NCBI GenBank assembly: GCA_036630325.1
Contig: CP142730.1
Span: 868,001 to 932,000, forward strand
DNA: 64,000 bases
Source: Vairimorpha necatrix
Lineage: Eukaryota
Reading direction: 5' to 3'
Both the position numbers and the translations under genes were made by a program. Position 1 is the stretch's first letter, and the number at the start of each line of letters is the position of its first letter. Of the stretch, positions 31,720 through 43,644 are shown in pieces. Below the pieces are notes generated by a model, which saw only the letters and a program-made list of their open reading frames with translations, ran no database searches and had not been told where the DNA came from.

Positions 31720-34107
31720 TATCGCGAGCACAGCTGTTTGCCCGATTTTTTAGGTCAATTTTTTATTTTTAATTTAAATTCTATGATTTATACCAATATT
31801 TATTAGTAACTATTTTACAGTAAACTTTTTTCTTCATTTAAATTTTAGTATATGCGACTCGAATCAAATGTTTGCATGACAAAACCACTGAGCTAAACAA
31901 ATAGTGATAAAAAATATTAGAATATAAAATCCAAGTATAAGTTATTAAAATATAATTTGGTTATTAATTCAATAAATCGATCAAAACTTATAAAAGTATG
32001 ATCTTTTTGTTAAATTTTGCAAGAAGATGATTTGAATGCAATCATCAACAAATAAGAAAGGTAAGAGCTTAAAAAGTGCCGAAAAGTTACTTCTTGCAGA
32101 TAATATGCTCTTTCTGTGAAAATTTTCTGGCTTGCGCAAAAGGGTAATTGTTGAGAACGTGGCACAGTCCATGAAATTGGAAATCCAAACTTGACATAGT
32201 AAGTATCACTATGGACAATCCTTTATATGAGTTGTATCAGGAATTTTACTTCAATATCACAAGAAACCTTGTCTTAGAGGTTTGCAAAGAGTGCAAAGTT
32301 TATACACAGGCACAATCTCTAAAACCCCCAAAACCTACAAGCTTATATTAGATTACAGGCCCTTTAAGGTTATCGTCGACCTATAGATATGAAGGGTTAT
32401 GCCAACCATAACTTAGGACATAGGTTACTAACAGCTATAGATATTCATTTGAAGTATACATTTACTAGTGTTATGAAATCTAAAACGGCCTAGGAAGTTT
32501 TACTATATTTGAAATATAACTACAATCGGTATTGTTACATAGTAAACTTTAGTGTAGTAATGGTAAAAAATTTAAAGTATACTTCTATCTGAATTCTGCG
32601 AGCGGAATAAAATTTTACTCGTTTCTTTGGCAGACCCTGACATTCTCAGAATCAAGGTCAAGTTGAGAGATTAAATCAAACTTTTACTTGATACTTGCAA
32701 AAACATCTCTACGCAGAATTTGGTCCAAATAATATAAATGGGTCTTATAATTGACACTGTCGTTTTTTTAATACAGCATCGCAGTACTTCTGCAGCAGAA
32801 AATCTCCATTTGATTTTTTTATGGAAGAAAAGGAAAAAACTTGTAAAAGCAGTAACAACGACGCAGAAAACAACGAAGAAAACTTGAGTTTTGAGTTTAG
32901 GCAAAAAATCTCTTAAAAATGTACAAAAAAAGTATCCATAATTCCATTAGTTTTTTGTTTTAGGCGATAATGTGATATTTAAAATGATTTTGATGCTAAT
33001 TCTCAAACAAAAAGTTAAAATTAAAGTCTTTTTACTTTGAAACAAAAGAAATAATAGCGATTTTGTCTAATAATCGATTAAAAGTTAGTTTAATGATTCT
33101 GAAGAAATTGTATCAATGAATTTTGTAAAAAATAAAAAAAACGTAAAGCTTTGAAAAATTGGGTACTTGTTTTTTATTTTATGGTTAAATTCCAACTTAT
33201 TTTTTTTTCTTCAATACATTTTAACATTTTTTAACATTAAATTAATATACTAATGCCACAAGTATGTGGCATTAGTATATTAATTAAAAAAAACGATTGA
33301 ATTCATATGTAGATTGTCTATTTTTTTATTGTTCGAATAAATTGTTTAAGCTATCTAGATTGCAATCTTGGCATACATTGACCAAGACTAAACCTTGATA
33401 TTCTCCAATTTATTGCAAATAATATTTTTAATTTTCGACAATTACAAACTCTCTTAAAATATCCGTAAGCATAAAATTGGTACTTTTAAACAGGGTGTAT
33501 AATAATATATATAGTTTTGCTAATAAAATATTTAATTTATTACAAACAACTTATTAGATGAAAATATTAGTATAATTTTAAAATAGGTATTTAAATAAAT
33601 ATCAGTCGGAAATAAAGTTCAATAGAAAATTTGTAATTTTTTTTAATTCTAGTATATTCTATTAAAAGATAAATTTTTATAAATATTAGATAATAAAAGT
33701 AAAGAAAATTCTTAAGAATAATGTATTTTTATATATTTTATAATATTTTTTTTTAATAAATTCAAAAATCTTTGTTTTTGTGGTATCCATCGCTGAGAAA
33801 CATGTCTAATCATTACTGTTTATTTTATTATTGTTACCTGGAGTTTCTCTCGTTGTCATTATCGTGGCTACTTAGGATAAAATATTAAAATAATTTTAGG
33901 AGGTGAAACCGAGAAATTTGGAGGGAAATACCTAGAAATATATTTTATGATATTTGGAATATTATAGTTATTAACATAGGTTTTTGTAATAAACATTATA
34001 AGCAACTCTAATTAGCATTTTAGATTTTTTCTTTTAACATTTTTTTTAAAATAAAAATTTCATTTTCTGGTAACCAGTCGGCTCGGGTAACCAGCTGGAT
34101 CGCGACA
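31720..34107 (+). mobile_element. Degenerate Ginger-like (integrase-type DDE) DNA transposon
   Basis: Imperfect TIR: TATCGCGAGCACAGCTGTTTGCCCGA at 31720 versus TGTCGCGATCCAGCTGGTTACCCGA (reverse complement, ending 34107). TATA on both flanks. Decayed integrase: HSKYHYG..CKEC and GRP*HSQNQGQVERLNQT (~32630-32682). Confidence 0.7.
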
Positions 34108-34727
34108 TATAATGCTAAGATATGAGCTCTAAAATCATTTAATTGTTAATATTTTAAGTATAATTAGATTAAATTGTAAAAGATCCTGCGTTATTCGTCA
34201 AGTCGACAAAATAACGTCAGAATGATCTCAATGTAGGAGTTCGGAGATATTCCAGATATGGGTATAACTACAAACAAAAGATCTCACGAATCTCAACCTA
34301 TTTATAACAAACTTTAGAAAGATAAAATGTTTTTTTAGTTTTGTTTAAGGAAACAAACGAAGATATTTTGGACAATTCGATTACAAAACTTTGGCTCGAT
34401 ATAAAATTTATATAATGTCCAGATTCTGATAAGAAACATGATTTCTTTTCTTTTTCTTCTAATTAACAGATATATGAATTATAATACCACCTGTCTTTAT
34501 GTATTGAAAGATCCTTAAATAGCATACTTTTTATGTAACCACAGTGGTATAGTGTACATTTGAATAAAGATCAGATGTAAAAGAAGAGACTTTGGTAAGT
34601 AATAATTATTTCGTAACAAATGGTCTAGAAGTACATTTTCAATTAAACTGTTAAAATTAGATTTTCTATGTATATGTTATCAAAAAATTTTAAAAAAATA
34701 TTATTTTTTATTGTAGATGAACTTAGT

Positions 34728-35375
34728 TTAAACCTCTCTTAACAGCTTTATTCGTTCAAACAAAGATCCCGAAACATAATCTCCGAGAAGTATATACTTT
34801 TCTTCACCTTCGTGCATATATTTTATTTTATAATTGTAAAGTCTCTCTTTGATGTCTTCGCTACACGATTCTTCTGCTTCTATTCTTTTTGATATATATG
34901 GTTCTTTACTATATTCCTCAAATAATACCTTATATCCCTCTATATCTTTAATTGGAATTATTGCGTCTATTATAAGCTGAACACAAGAATTACGATACAG
35001 TATCTCATTATCAAATCCTGTTAACCCATTAATTAATTGATTTACTGAAATTTTTAAATCACTAAAATATTCATCTACGAAGCCTCTTTTTATTGGAAAA
35101 TCCGAGAAACCAACATGCAGCCAACTAGTTATTTCTTCAGTATATATTTCGAGAGCTATTAATATATTTTCCCATTGCTCTTTCGTAAAATCTTTGCCTT
35201 TCGCCTTTAATAATCTTAAAGATTTATCAAAATTTAGATTCTTAGAAGACTTTTCAGTAATCCTTTCATTTTTGCGTTTTAGAGAAAAATAAATATATAA
35301 GATTAAAAAAGTACCTAAAACTAAGAACGTACTTAAGATCAAAATGCCTAAACTAAGTATAGAAAGATTATTCAT
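34728..35375 (-). CDS. Hypothetical protein with N-terminal transmembrane anchor
   Basis: 215-aa ORF. ~28 hydrophobic residues followed by KRK. CCCTTGT-ATG start. Confidence 0.8.
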   Translation of the reverse strand: MNNLSILSLGILILSTFLVLGTFLILYIYFSLKRKNERITEKSSKNLNFDKSLRLLKAKGKDFTKEQWENILIALEIYTEEITSWLHVGFSDFPIKRGFVDEYFSDLKISVNQLINGLTGFDNEILYRNSCVQLIIDAIIPIKDIEGYKVLFEEYSKEPYISKRIEAEESCSEDIKERLYNYKIKYMHEGEEKYILLGDYVSGSLFERIKLLREV

Positions 35376-35620
35376 ACAAGGGTATTATAATTATTAATCA
35401 TTTTATAGAAAATTTTTTTTGTGGACTCCTTTTTTTAGACCCTTTCAATCAAACACATGTCAAAAGCAATTTTCATATTGATTTGTTTTGACAGTCTCCT
35501 ATAATGTATTGATGCCTGTCATCGAATGAATCGTCAAATGTATTTTTTTTCAAAAAAAATTGTATTTGCTTTTTTCCTAATATAAGTCGAAGGCGCACAT
35601 AATGACATGATAAATATTTC

Positions 35621-35623
<3 letters not shown>

Positions 35624-35658
<35 letters not shown>
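35624..35658. repeat. (TA)n microsatellite
   Basis: ~17 TA units. Confidence 0.95.
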
Positions 35659-35661
<3 letters not shown>

Positions 35662-36333
35662 AATTAATATTCTACTAAAATGCGTTTCAGCCTGTCATAT
35701 TAACGACATGTCAAATTACTATTTTCGTAAAGTTGTTTTTTTTCAAAAATTTTTAAAAAGTATAGGTCGATACTCAAAATGAGATTTTTTGTTTATAAGT
35801 AAACTTATCTTGTATAATATGTATAGATAATACATTACATCCTAGCGGCATACAGAATAATTAATTACGATTTTACATACAGGGGTAAAACACCCCTGTA
35901 TGTAAAATAAATAAAGAGTTCTAACAATAAAACATTTGAAAATCTCCTTTAAATTAGTTCTGCAATTAAAAAAGCAAAAGTGTAATATAATTATTAAATA
36001 AGAACTACAAGTTATAAAAGCTACATCTACAAATTATATGAGTACTTTTAAATTTGATTGGTCTAGGATTTTATTTTCATCATAAGATATAAACAAATTT
36101 TACATTTTAATTCATTATATTTAGATTCTATTTTATCCAAGGTAAATAATTTACTAAATTATAAAAAAAATTAATTAACACTTGACATTATTGCAAGAAA
36201 ATATAAATTTGAATATTTATAATCTATATGATGGTAAATTGTTTTATATTTTCTATTTTTATTATATCACTAAAATAAAAATGTCCATTAAATTTTAATT
36301 TGTTTCGTATTCTAAATTTTTGTTACATTTTTT

Positions 36334-37407
36334 GGCTAATATCAGCATCTGTGTAAAAAAACTGGGGGGGGGGGGTCAAAATTTTTAAAAAATTGCCCCT
36401 TTTTTAAAAAAACGAAGGGAATGATGAGCAATGAGGAAATTGAAGATTTTTATATATCTTTAACAAATAAGAAATACAATCAGAAATGTATTAAATGTGG
36501 TTGGGATACAGATATTGTATCAAATGAAACTGCTTACTTGAGGTGTAAGTCTTCAAATTGCAAACACAGATTTTCAATTTGGAAAAATTCTTTTTTTGAA
36601 AACACTAGACTAGAACATTTACTGATGTTAAAAATAGTAAATTTGTTGATATTAGGAATTAAAGTAATTCTCATATCAAAGATTTTGGGATGTAATGTAC
36701 AAAATGTAAGTTACACCCTAGAAAAATTAAATAAATTAAAAATTTATGATAAGTATTTGAACAAGCTGAAACAGAAGAGCGAAAAAAGATATCATTGTAG
36801 AAATATATGAAAGTAAAATTGGCAAAAATAATCATCATAGGGGAAGATTAGTTAAGGGGTTTTGGTACTTCGGTATGGTGGAACGAACCGAAGCAAAGAA
36901 GATTGTATTCGTAATTTTAAAAAATAGCACAGGGATACATTATTTCCAATCATGTTTAATCATGTAAATTTTGAATCCGTAACTCATTCGGATATGTGGA
37001 GGGCGTATGCAACGTTAAAAAATCATTATGCGGACCATAGAACTGTGAATCACAGTCAAACTTTTAGAGACAGAGAGACAGGTGTGCATACAAACACCAT
37101 AGAAGGGAATTGGAGGTCTTTAAAGCCTCTATACCTAATAGGTGTAGGACTTATGAACTTGCCGAAATATATTTAGTTCTATATATGATTAAAAGAAATG
37201 AGAGCGAAGACATCTTCAAAGCATTATTAAAATTATGTTTTTAATATATTTTATTTATTTTAAAGTTAATTTTCATGCATTTTTATATCTTAATTACATT
37301 TTTTGTTTTTTCTGAAGTTTTCTCTTCCCTTCGTTTTTTTAAAAAAGGGGCAATTTTTTAAAAATTTTGACCCCCCCAGTTTTTTTACACAGATGCTGAT
37401 ATTAGCC
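36334..37407 (+). mobile_element. Merlin DNA transposon B with long TIRs, disrupted transposase
   Basis: TIRs 36334-36420 and 37326-37407 (GGCTAATATCAGCATCTGTG..., differing in G-run length 12 vs 7). 8-bp TSD CATTTTTT. ORF pieces 36421-36810 (Zn ribbon) and 36952-37176 (HSDMWRAY, VNHS, TGVHTNTIEGNW). Confidence 0.93.
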
Positions 37408-37539
37408 CATTTTTTAAGATAAAGTAAAAAAATCGAGATCCTCATATGCAAAACTGTGTGTTATTTTGATAAAAAGGCAGGCAATATGTTTAATTATTAT
37501 AATTAAACATGTATTATGTGGAGAATCTATTTAAACTTA

Positions 37540-38835
37540 GGCGCTACTTAAAAATTCGCACCCCCCTAAAAAATACGTTCACTGAAAAAAAATTATTTGG
37601 TATAAAATGAGATAAAATCAAATTTTAAAGGATTTTTTTTCCGGGGGTGCGAATTTTTAAGTAATGGTATTTTGAACGTGAAATTTTTTTATTTTATCTA
37701 TCCCTTATAATGAACATGATGATGGATGAAATGCTTCAATTCAATCCATACAATCCTATTTTCACTGATAATGACAGGGCAATCGACTACGGATTGAAGA
37801 ACAACTTGTTATATCCTTGTATTCCCTGTACTAATGATCAGTGCAAAGGAATTATGTTTATTCAAAACATATCTTTGTTTTCTCAAGGAAAGGGGTACAA
37901 ATGTAGCAAAAAAATTTGTAAACGAAGATGTTCATAAAATAAAGGTTCTAAATTTAAATCTTTAGATATTGAATTTAAAAAAAATTCTTCGTTGCATTTA
38001 TTGTTGGTGTCTGTCATATACTAATTTTCAGGCCATCAACATGTGTGAAACTTCTAAACCAACATATATTTCTTGAAAAGAAATATTAATAGAAACAATT
38101 TCCAAGTGTTCTACTGTTGTTACAATGATAGGTGGAGTTGGTCAGAGGATACAAATAGACGAAACAGCTATTTGTAATGGAATTATAGTATCGAATCCGT
38201 CTAGTCGATTGGATTCTGAACCTGGAATTCAGTGGATAATAGGAGGTGTATTGGAAGGAAATTGTAGAGAGTTTTTTGTGGAACTAATACCCAATAGAAA
38301 ATGGGAAACGATTTTACAAATATTAAAAAAATATGTAAAAGTAGGCACGGATATAGTAACTGATGGTTATCCATCCTATCCACGTGCTATAAGTGAATTT
38401 GGTTCTCACCATAGTGTGGTAAATCACTCTATGGGATTTTGTAATGAAGAAGGACAAAATACAAATTATGTAGAAAATATGTGGTCGCATCTTAAGCATG
38501 ATTATAGAAAGCGTGGTGGAATAAATAAAATAAGAATTAAATGTTGGTTAGATGAGTTTAAATGGAAAAAAGAAAATATAGAATATTCAAAACCATTAAC
38601 AATCAAATTAGCCTTCGTAAAAATAATTGATATTAGTTCTATGTTAAAGTAATTAAATTTTTGAACTTATAATATGTTATAACTGTTTTTTTAAATATTT
38701 TAACTTTTGTAAATTCATATTTTCATAAAAATATTGTTTTAAATATAATTTTAAGGGTTAAAAATATTTTTTTTATATAAATTTAATTGGTCAATGTAAT
38801 TTTTTTTAGGGGGGTGCGAATTTTTAAGTAGCGCC
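37540..38835 (+). mobile_element. Merlin DNA transposon C, disrupted transposase
   Basis: TIR GGCGCTACTTAAAAATTCGCACCCCCCTAAAAAA. 8-bp TSD TAAACTTA (37532-37539, 38836-38843). ORF pieces 37710-37937 and 38125-38652 (IQIDET, VTDGYPSYP, VNHS, TNYVENMW). Internal inverted TIR copy at 37643-37663. Confidence 0.94.
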
Positions 38836-41800
38836 TAAACTTACACAATATGTATCGTTTCCCCTAGATGATAATATAATGACTGCTTAAAAATTTCAGA
38901 AAAGTTACATAATTGTACAATATCTTTAATGTTCTAATGTTTATAATATTAACAATAAAAACTTTAAAAGATGTTTAATTGATGCGTATAAAGACATAAT
39001 ATTAAATCTGCAACCCTTATGCTGGAATTATTGTCTGCGTATTAGTATTCATGATTTATCTAAAGTGAAAAATGCTTTACAAGATTTATTATCCTTAAAC
39101 CTTTCAGGCATACATATTTTTATCTTTTTTGATTTATCTGCCATTTTATCGTGCATTTTAATAAAACTATTTTTTGTTTACAATGTTTACTGACCAAACT
39201 CAAAACCATCGAGTTCATTGCCTTTTATTTATTTATCATATTTAGATATAAGCTTATAACAAGAAACTCGACGAAATATAAAATTATTCATTGAGAATTC
39301 TACATATCTAATTAGACATTTTATTTTTAAAATAACTATTTTTATAAATTTAGCATCGAAAATAACTTAAATCATTGCCTATAGTATATTCGTCCAATAG
39401 AGAGTTAGTTTTGCGTAATTCTATTCATTACACGTGCTCAATTTCAACAAAAATTAGACTTAAATGCATAAATCTATTTTTCATATTTTCAATGGCCACA
39501 CAAATTTGACAATAAAAATCCCAACTGTTATTGTAATGTCTTTATTTTTTTGTGTTTAAGTATGAAAAATATCGAATTTTCGTAACAACATGCTTGGATG
39601 TTTAATAACTTTCTATAAAATAAAACTATAATTGTCTTTACAAATAATGTATTATGTTGGATAGTATAAGAGCCATGAAAAATTTATTTTTATGTATTTA
39701 TTATATTAGTAAGCAGAATTTTATGTGAACTTCTAGCATTTTTCCGAAATTTTTTCGGCCCTAAAAAATTTCAAACGGCAGGTATTAATGCATAGAAACG
39801 CGTATAAATGTTTAAATTTTATGTTTTATATCTACACTTTTAGTAAAAAAATTTAAAAATGGATATATGCATCTTCAACTTCATTTTTTTTTTAAAAATT
39901 TTAAATTATTTTTATGTTTTATTATACTTTTAATATATCTAAAATGGATATATGCTCATTCGACTTCGTTTTTTTCGATTAATAAAATTTTTTTTATTTT
40001 TTTTTAAAAAATTGTAAATTATTTCTATATGTAATGTATCAAAAAATAACCATAAAAAATATTTATTGATATTTTAAAGGATTAGAATGAATTTTTTATA
40101 AAAATAATTTTTTTTACACATAGGATATGGCGTTTTGAAATTTTTTATTTTAAATATTCAAAAATCATTAGTTATTTCCACGATTGAGGACAAAATGAAA
40201 CATTACATAAATGTAAAAAGTTTGGTAAAGAAAATAATCTCCACTACGCTCATGATTTGAATGGTTAGACAAAACAAAACAAACTTTAAAGATAATATTT
40301 GATCTGTTTGGTTAACTAAATTTTTATATAATTGCTCCTGGCTGTTGAAAAGAGTCCTTGAGGCCGTTATTAAATTCCAAAAAAGAAATGCATTAAAATA
40401 TTTTTCACAGATTCCTTTTGCGGGTCAACGTATAGGGAAAACCTTTTAAGTATAACAAAAGCAATCAGCAGAAATTTAATATTAATAATTTAAACAAGTC
40501 GATTATATCATGCCTTTATATATAAACTTTAATGTTTCAAAACTTGATTAGATAAGCTTAAAATGGTTGTGGATAAATATGTAAATATTAACTATAATGA
40601 GTTGCTATGATCAAGTGACAGAATTATTGATTAAAATACGCAGAATAATTTTTTTCAAATAAAAAAGTAGTGTCGCATCGAAGAAAGCGTCAACAATCAA
40701 TGTACAACATTGAGCTTTAATCTAAGCTCCATGGTTTCGTTGACAAGCAAGCTTGTGTTGCTTATTTATATTGTAAATTTGTTTTTAGCATAAATTATTA
40801 TGTTTATAACATATTATTAAAGTAAAAAACTTTTATTGAATGTTTTAATATATAATTGAGATTTTTAAAGTGAATTTTACTAAATAATTTCCGCTAATAT
40901 CAAAACACGTTCTAAGATATTGTAGTATATGCTCTTAATATTACTAAATAATTATGTTTTAAGCTGTAACTACTTTCTCTAGAGCACCAAGGATATGCGC
41001 CAAATCCTTTTATCACTAAAGTAACTTAAAGACAAACAAGAATCGCATTAAATGTCTCATTTTTAATTTAGACTTCTTTGTCTTTAAGATATTATGAATA
41101 TCATTAGTTGTAAAAAAATAAGTATATCTAATTACCGTAGAGCATCATCTCTGTGGTATCTTTTAGAGACTAAAAACCCATAAATAAGAAATTACAGCAT
41201 AGTATTATCTTATAAATAAAAAAAAAGAGGAATCTATTGAAGTGTTAAATTTTTTGCGCATAATAAACAACCTTATATGAAGTTAGGTATTAACTTTTAA
41301 TTACTAATTACGTTATACAAAATCTCTTTTCGGATTTCATTTAAATTTAAATTTTAAAAATAAAATCGTCTTATGTATTGTAAATATACTATAAAAAAAT
41401 GCCTAGCTATTTTTAATGAGGAATGAAAATTTTTTTAACTTTTTTTTTTTCTGTCAAAAAACAATATTTTTTTTTCAACATACAGCTTGATGTAATATGA
41501 CAACCATAAATACCAAAAAGCTTTAATTTCTACAGATACTGCTATATTTGAGTTCTATTGTTATAAAATCAACTATTCAACAAATTTTTTAAATGTTTAC
41601 GATTTAGTATATCTTCATGTACAAAAATCTAAGTATCGAAAGTGGTTCTCTTTCACGAAGTTTTAGGAATTTGACATATAGGACTTAGGATTTTGTACTT
41701 TTAAACAATATTTATTCACTTATTCTAAAATATAACATAGGAAAAATTTTTAGGCCTCAATATTTAACTCGAAGTTAATTTTAAAAATTACAATGAAAGT

Positions 41801-42634
41801 TTAAACTTTCGAATTGATAGAATCCAATTAAGACAAAAGGGCGTATATCATCTTCTTATAACAAAAGAAGATGATATATCTTAAAAAGTGCTTGGTAGGA
41901 GGTATAAAAATAAGATAACTCCATGTTTCAAATAATATTAACACTTGAAGAGGAAGATGTATTCTAAGAATGTTTTGAAATTAACATGATAGATTATATT
42001 TTTCATTATAGCTTTCCTTCGCTTGTTGCTTTGAATCTATTTATAAAGTCTTTAATCATTATGTTATTAGTGCTATCATGTTTATAATATATATATCGAT
42101 ACTATGCTAAGATCAAGTAATATTGAAGATTGAATTATAAGATTTTCCTGTGAAGTCCTAACTAGAAAATGTCGTACCCAATCATTTTTCGACAATTGCG
42201 TATTTGCATTGGCCACTAAAACTATTTAAAAACATTTCCAAAAGGGGGAATGGAAAGTAAAAATATCCAACTTGACAGAAAACTAAATAGGGTAGCAAGT
42301 TGCATTATTTATAGCTAAAAAATGTTCTTTTTTTTGTATCTGTGATTTTGAATTTAAGAAGCGTCAACCCTTTACAAGTTTATGTTTGTCATTGCCAGAT
42401 TTAAAAAGTCTTATAAGATGCTCCTCCCTGCAATAGAGATGGAAGATTATTGTTTATGTCTTTATTGTAGTGGCGTGTGTAATAATCATGCGAAGAAACA
42501 ATGCTTCTTCCATTTATTTGCGCTTGATTTTTTTGTCTATGTTCTGCTCGTTCATGCGGGTATTAAAAAATAAAATAATGTATAAATTTTTTGCCTTCTG
42601 TTAAAAACACTTGTTTATTTTAAATTTGTTTCCT

Positions 42635-43243
42635 TTAATTGAATATCTCGTGTTCTAATTTATCTAATTCTGTTAGGTTGGTATTCTTCCATTCTTCTTT
42701 TGTCCTCATTATTATATGATGATGTTCTATGAGTTCTTTCTTCATATCTTTCGCTATCTCATGGGCTATCCACCCCATCATCCAATTATTTATTTCTATA
42801 TCCACTTTTTTAAATATTTTTATGCTTTCTTCTCCATTACTAAGATCTTGTACTTCCACTTCTTGTCCCGGAAAAGGGTTCTCATTTGTCAAATGTGTCT
42901 CCACTGTTATTTGAAATATTTCTTCATCAAAATGGTTATTTTTATATGAAGTATGAATTAATGAGTCATTATAATGAGATATTTCTGTCAATATACATGC
43001 TGCATCTGGTATACATTGTCGTACTATGTAAGGAATCTTAGAATGAAGATGAAGATGTTTAGTCGTAGACTCAACATCTCCCATTACATTATGGGTCAAT
43101 GATTCTTTCTTGATCAATTTGATTCTGAAGCCTGAAGATTTGTCAGTTTTGTATTTGTGGAGAATGGCGAATCTGTTGGCAAGGTTGAATTCGTCTTTGT
43201 TGAGTGGTAAGAGAAATTCGAAGATGTGTGTTACCTTTGTCAT
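42635..43243 (-). CDS. Phosphatidylinositol transfer protein (START-like PITP family)
   Basis: EFLLPL..DEF.LA, TTKHLHLHSKIP..VR..IP..A..LTE and T.Y.N match the PITP N-terminal pattern. CCC-ATG. Confidence 0.8.
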   Translation of the reverse strand: MTKVTHIFEFLLPLNKDEFNLANRFAILHKYKTDKSSGFRIKLIKKESLTHNVMGDVESTTKHLHLHSKIPYIVRQCIPDAACILTEISHYNDSLIHTSYKNNHFDEEIFQITVETHLTNENPFPGQEVEVQDLSNGEESIKIFKKVDIEINNWMMGWIAHEIAKDMKKELIEHHHIIMRTKEEWKNTNLTELDKLEHEIFN

Positions 43244-43644
43244 GGGAAAATAAATTTGGTTTATTTTGATCGATGAGTTATTTTGTTTGTTTGCTAATAA
43301 ACAAAACTTAAATAGACTTAAAAACCTAAAATAAAGAATATAAGAATAAATTCAATTTTTACATTTAATATATGCACAGATAATTTATACTTATTGAACG
43401 ATATAAACGATAATTATAGTTAATATGTGCATATTTTAATTTATTCTTAAAAAACTCTTTATGCAGATATTTATAATTAATTTAAGTATATAATATGAAT
43501 TATTTTATATTATAAGTAAGTATATCTTAATTTATGCATAAAAACTATAAATATTATATATATTTTTAATTTAAAACATAATAAATTGAAATAATATTTA
43601 TGCATAAACTTAATTATAAATAAATTAAAATTATCTTTATTTTT

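Noticed and set aside
39800-40030. Degenerate ~85-bp tandem duplication (AAAATGGATATATGC x2)
   Set aside because: Low-complexity and only two to three units. No TIR, TSD or coding signal that I can support.
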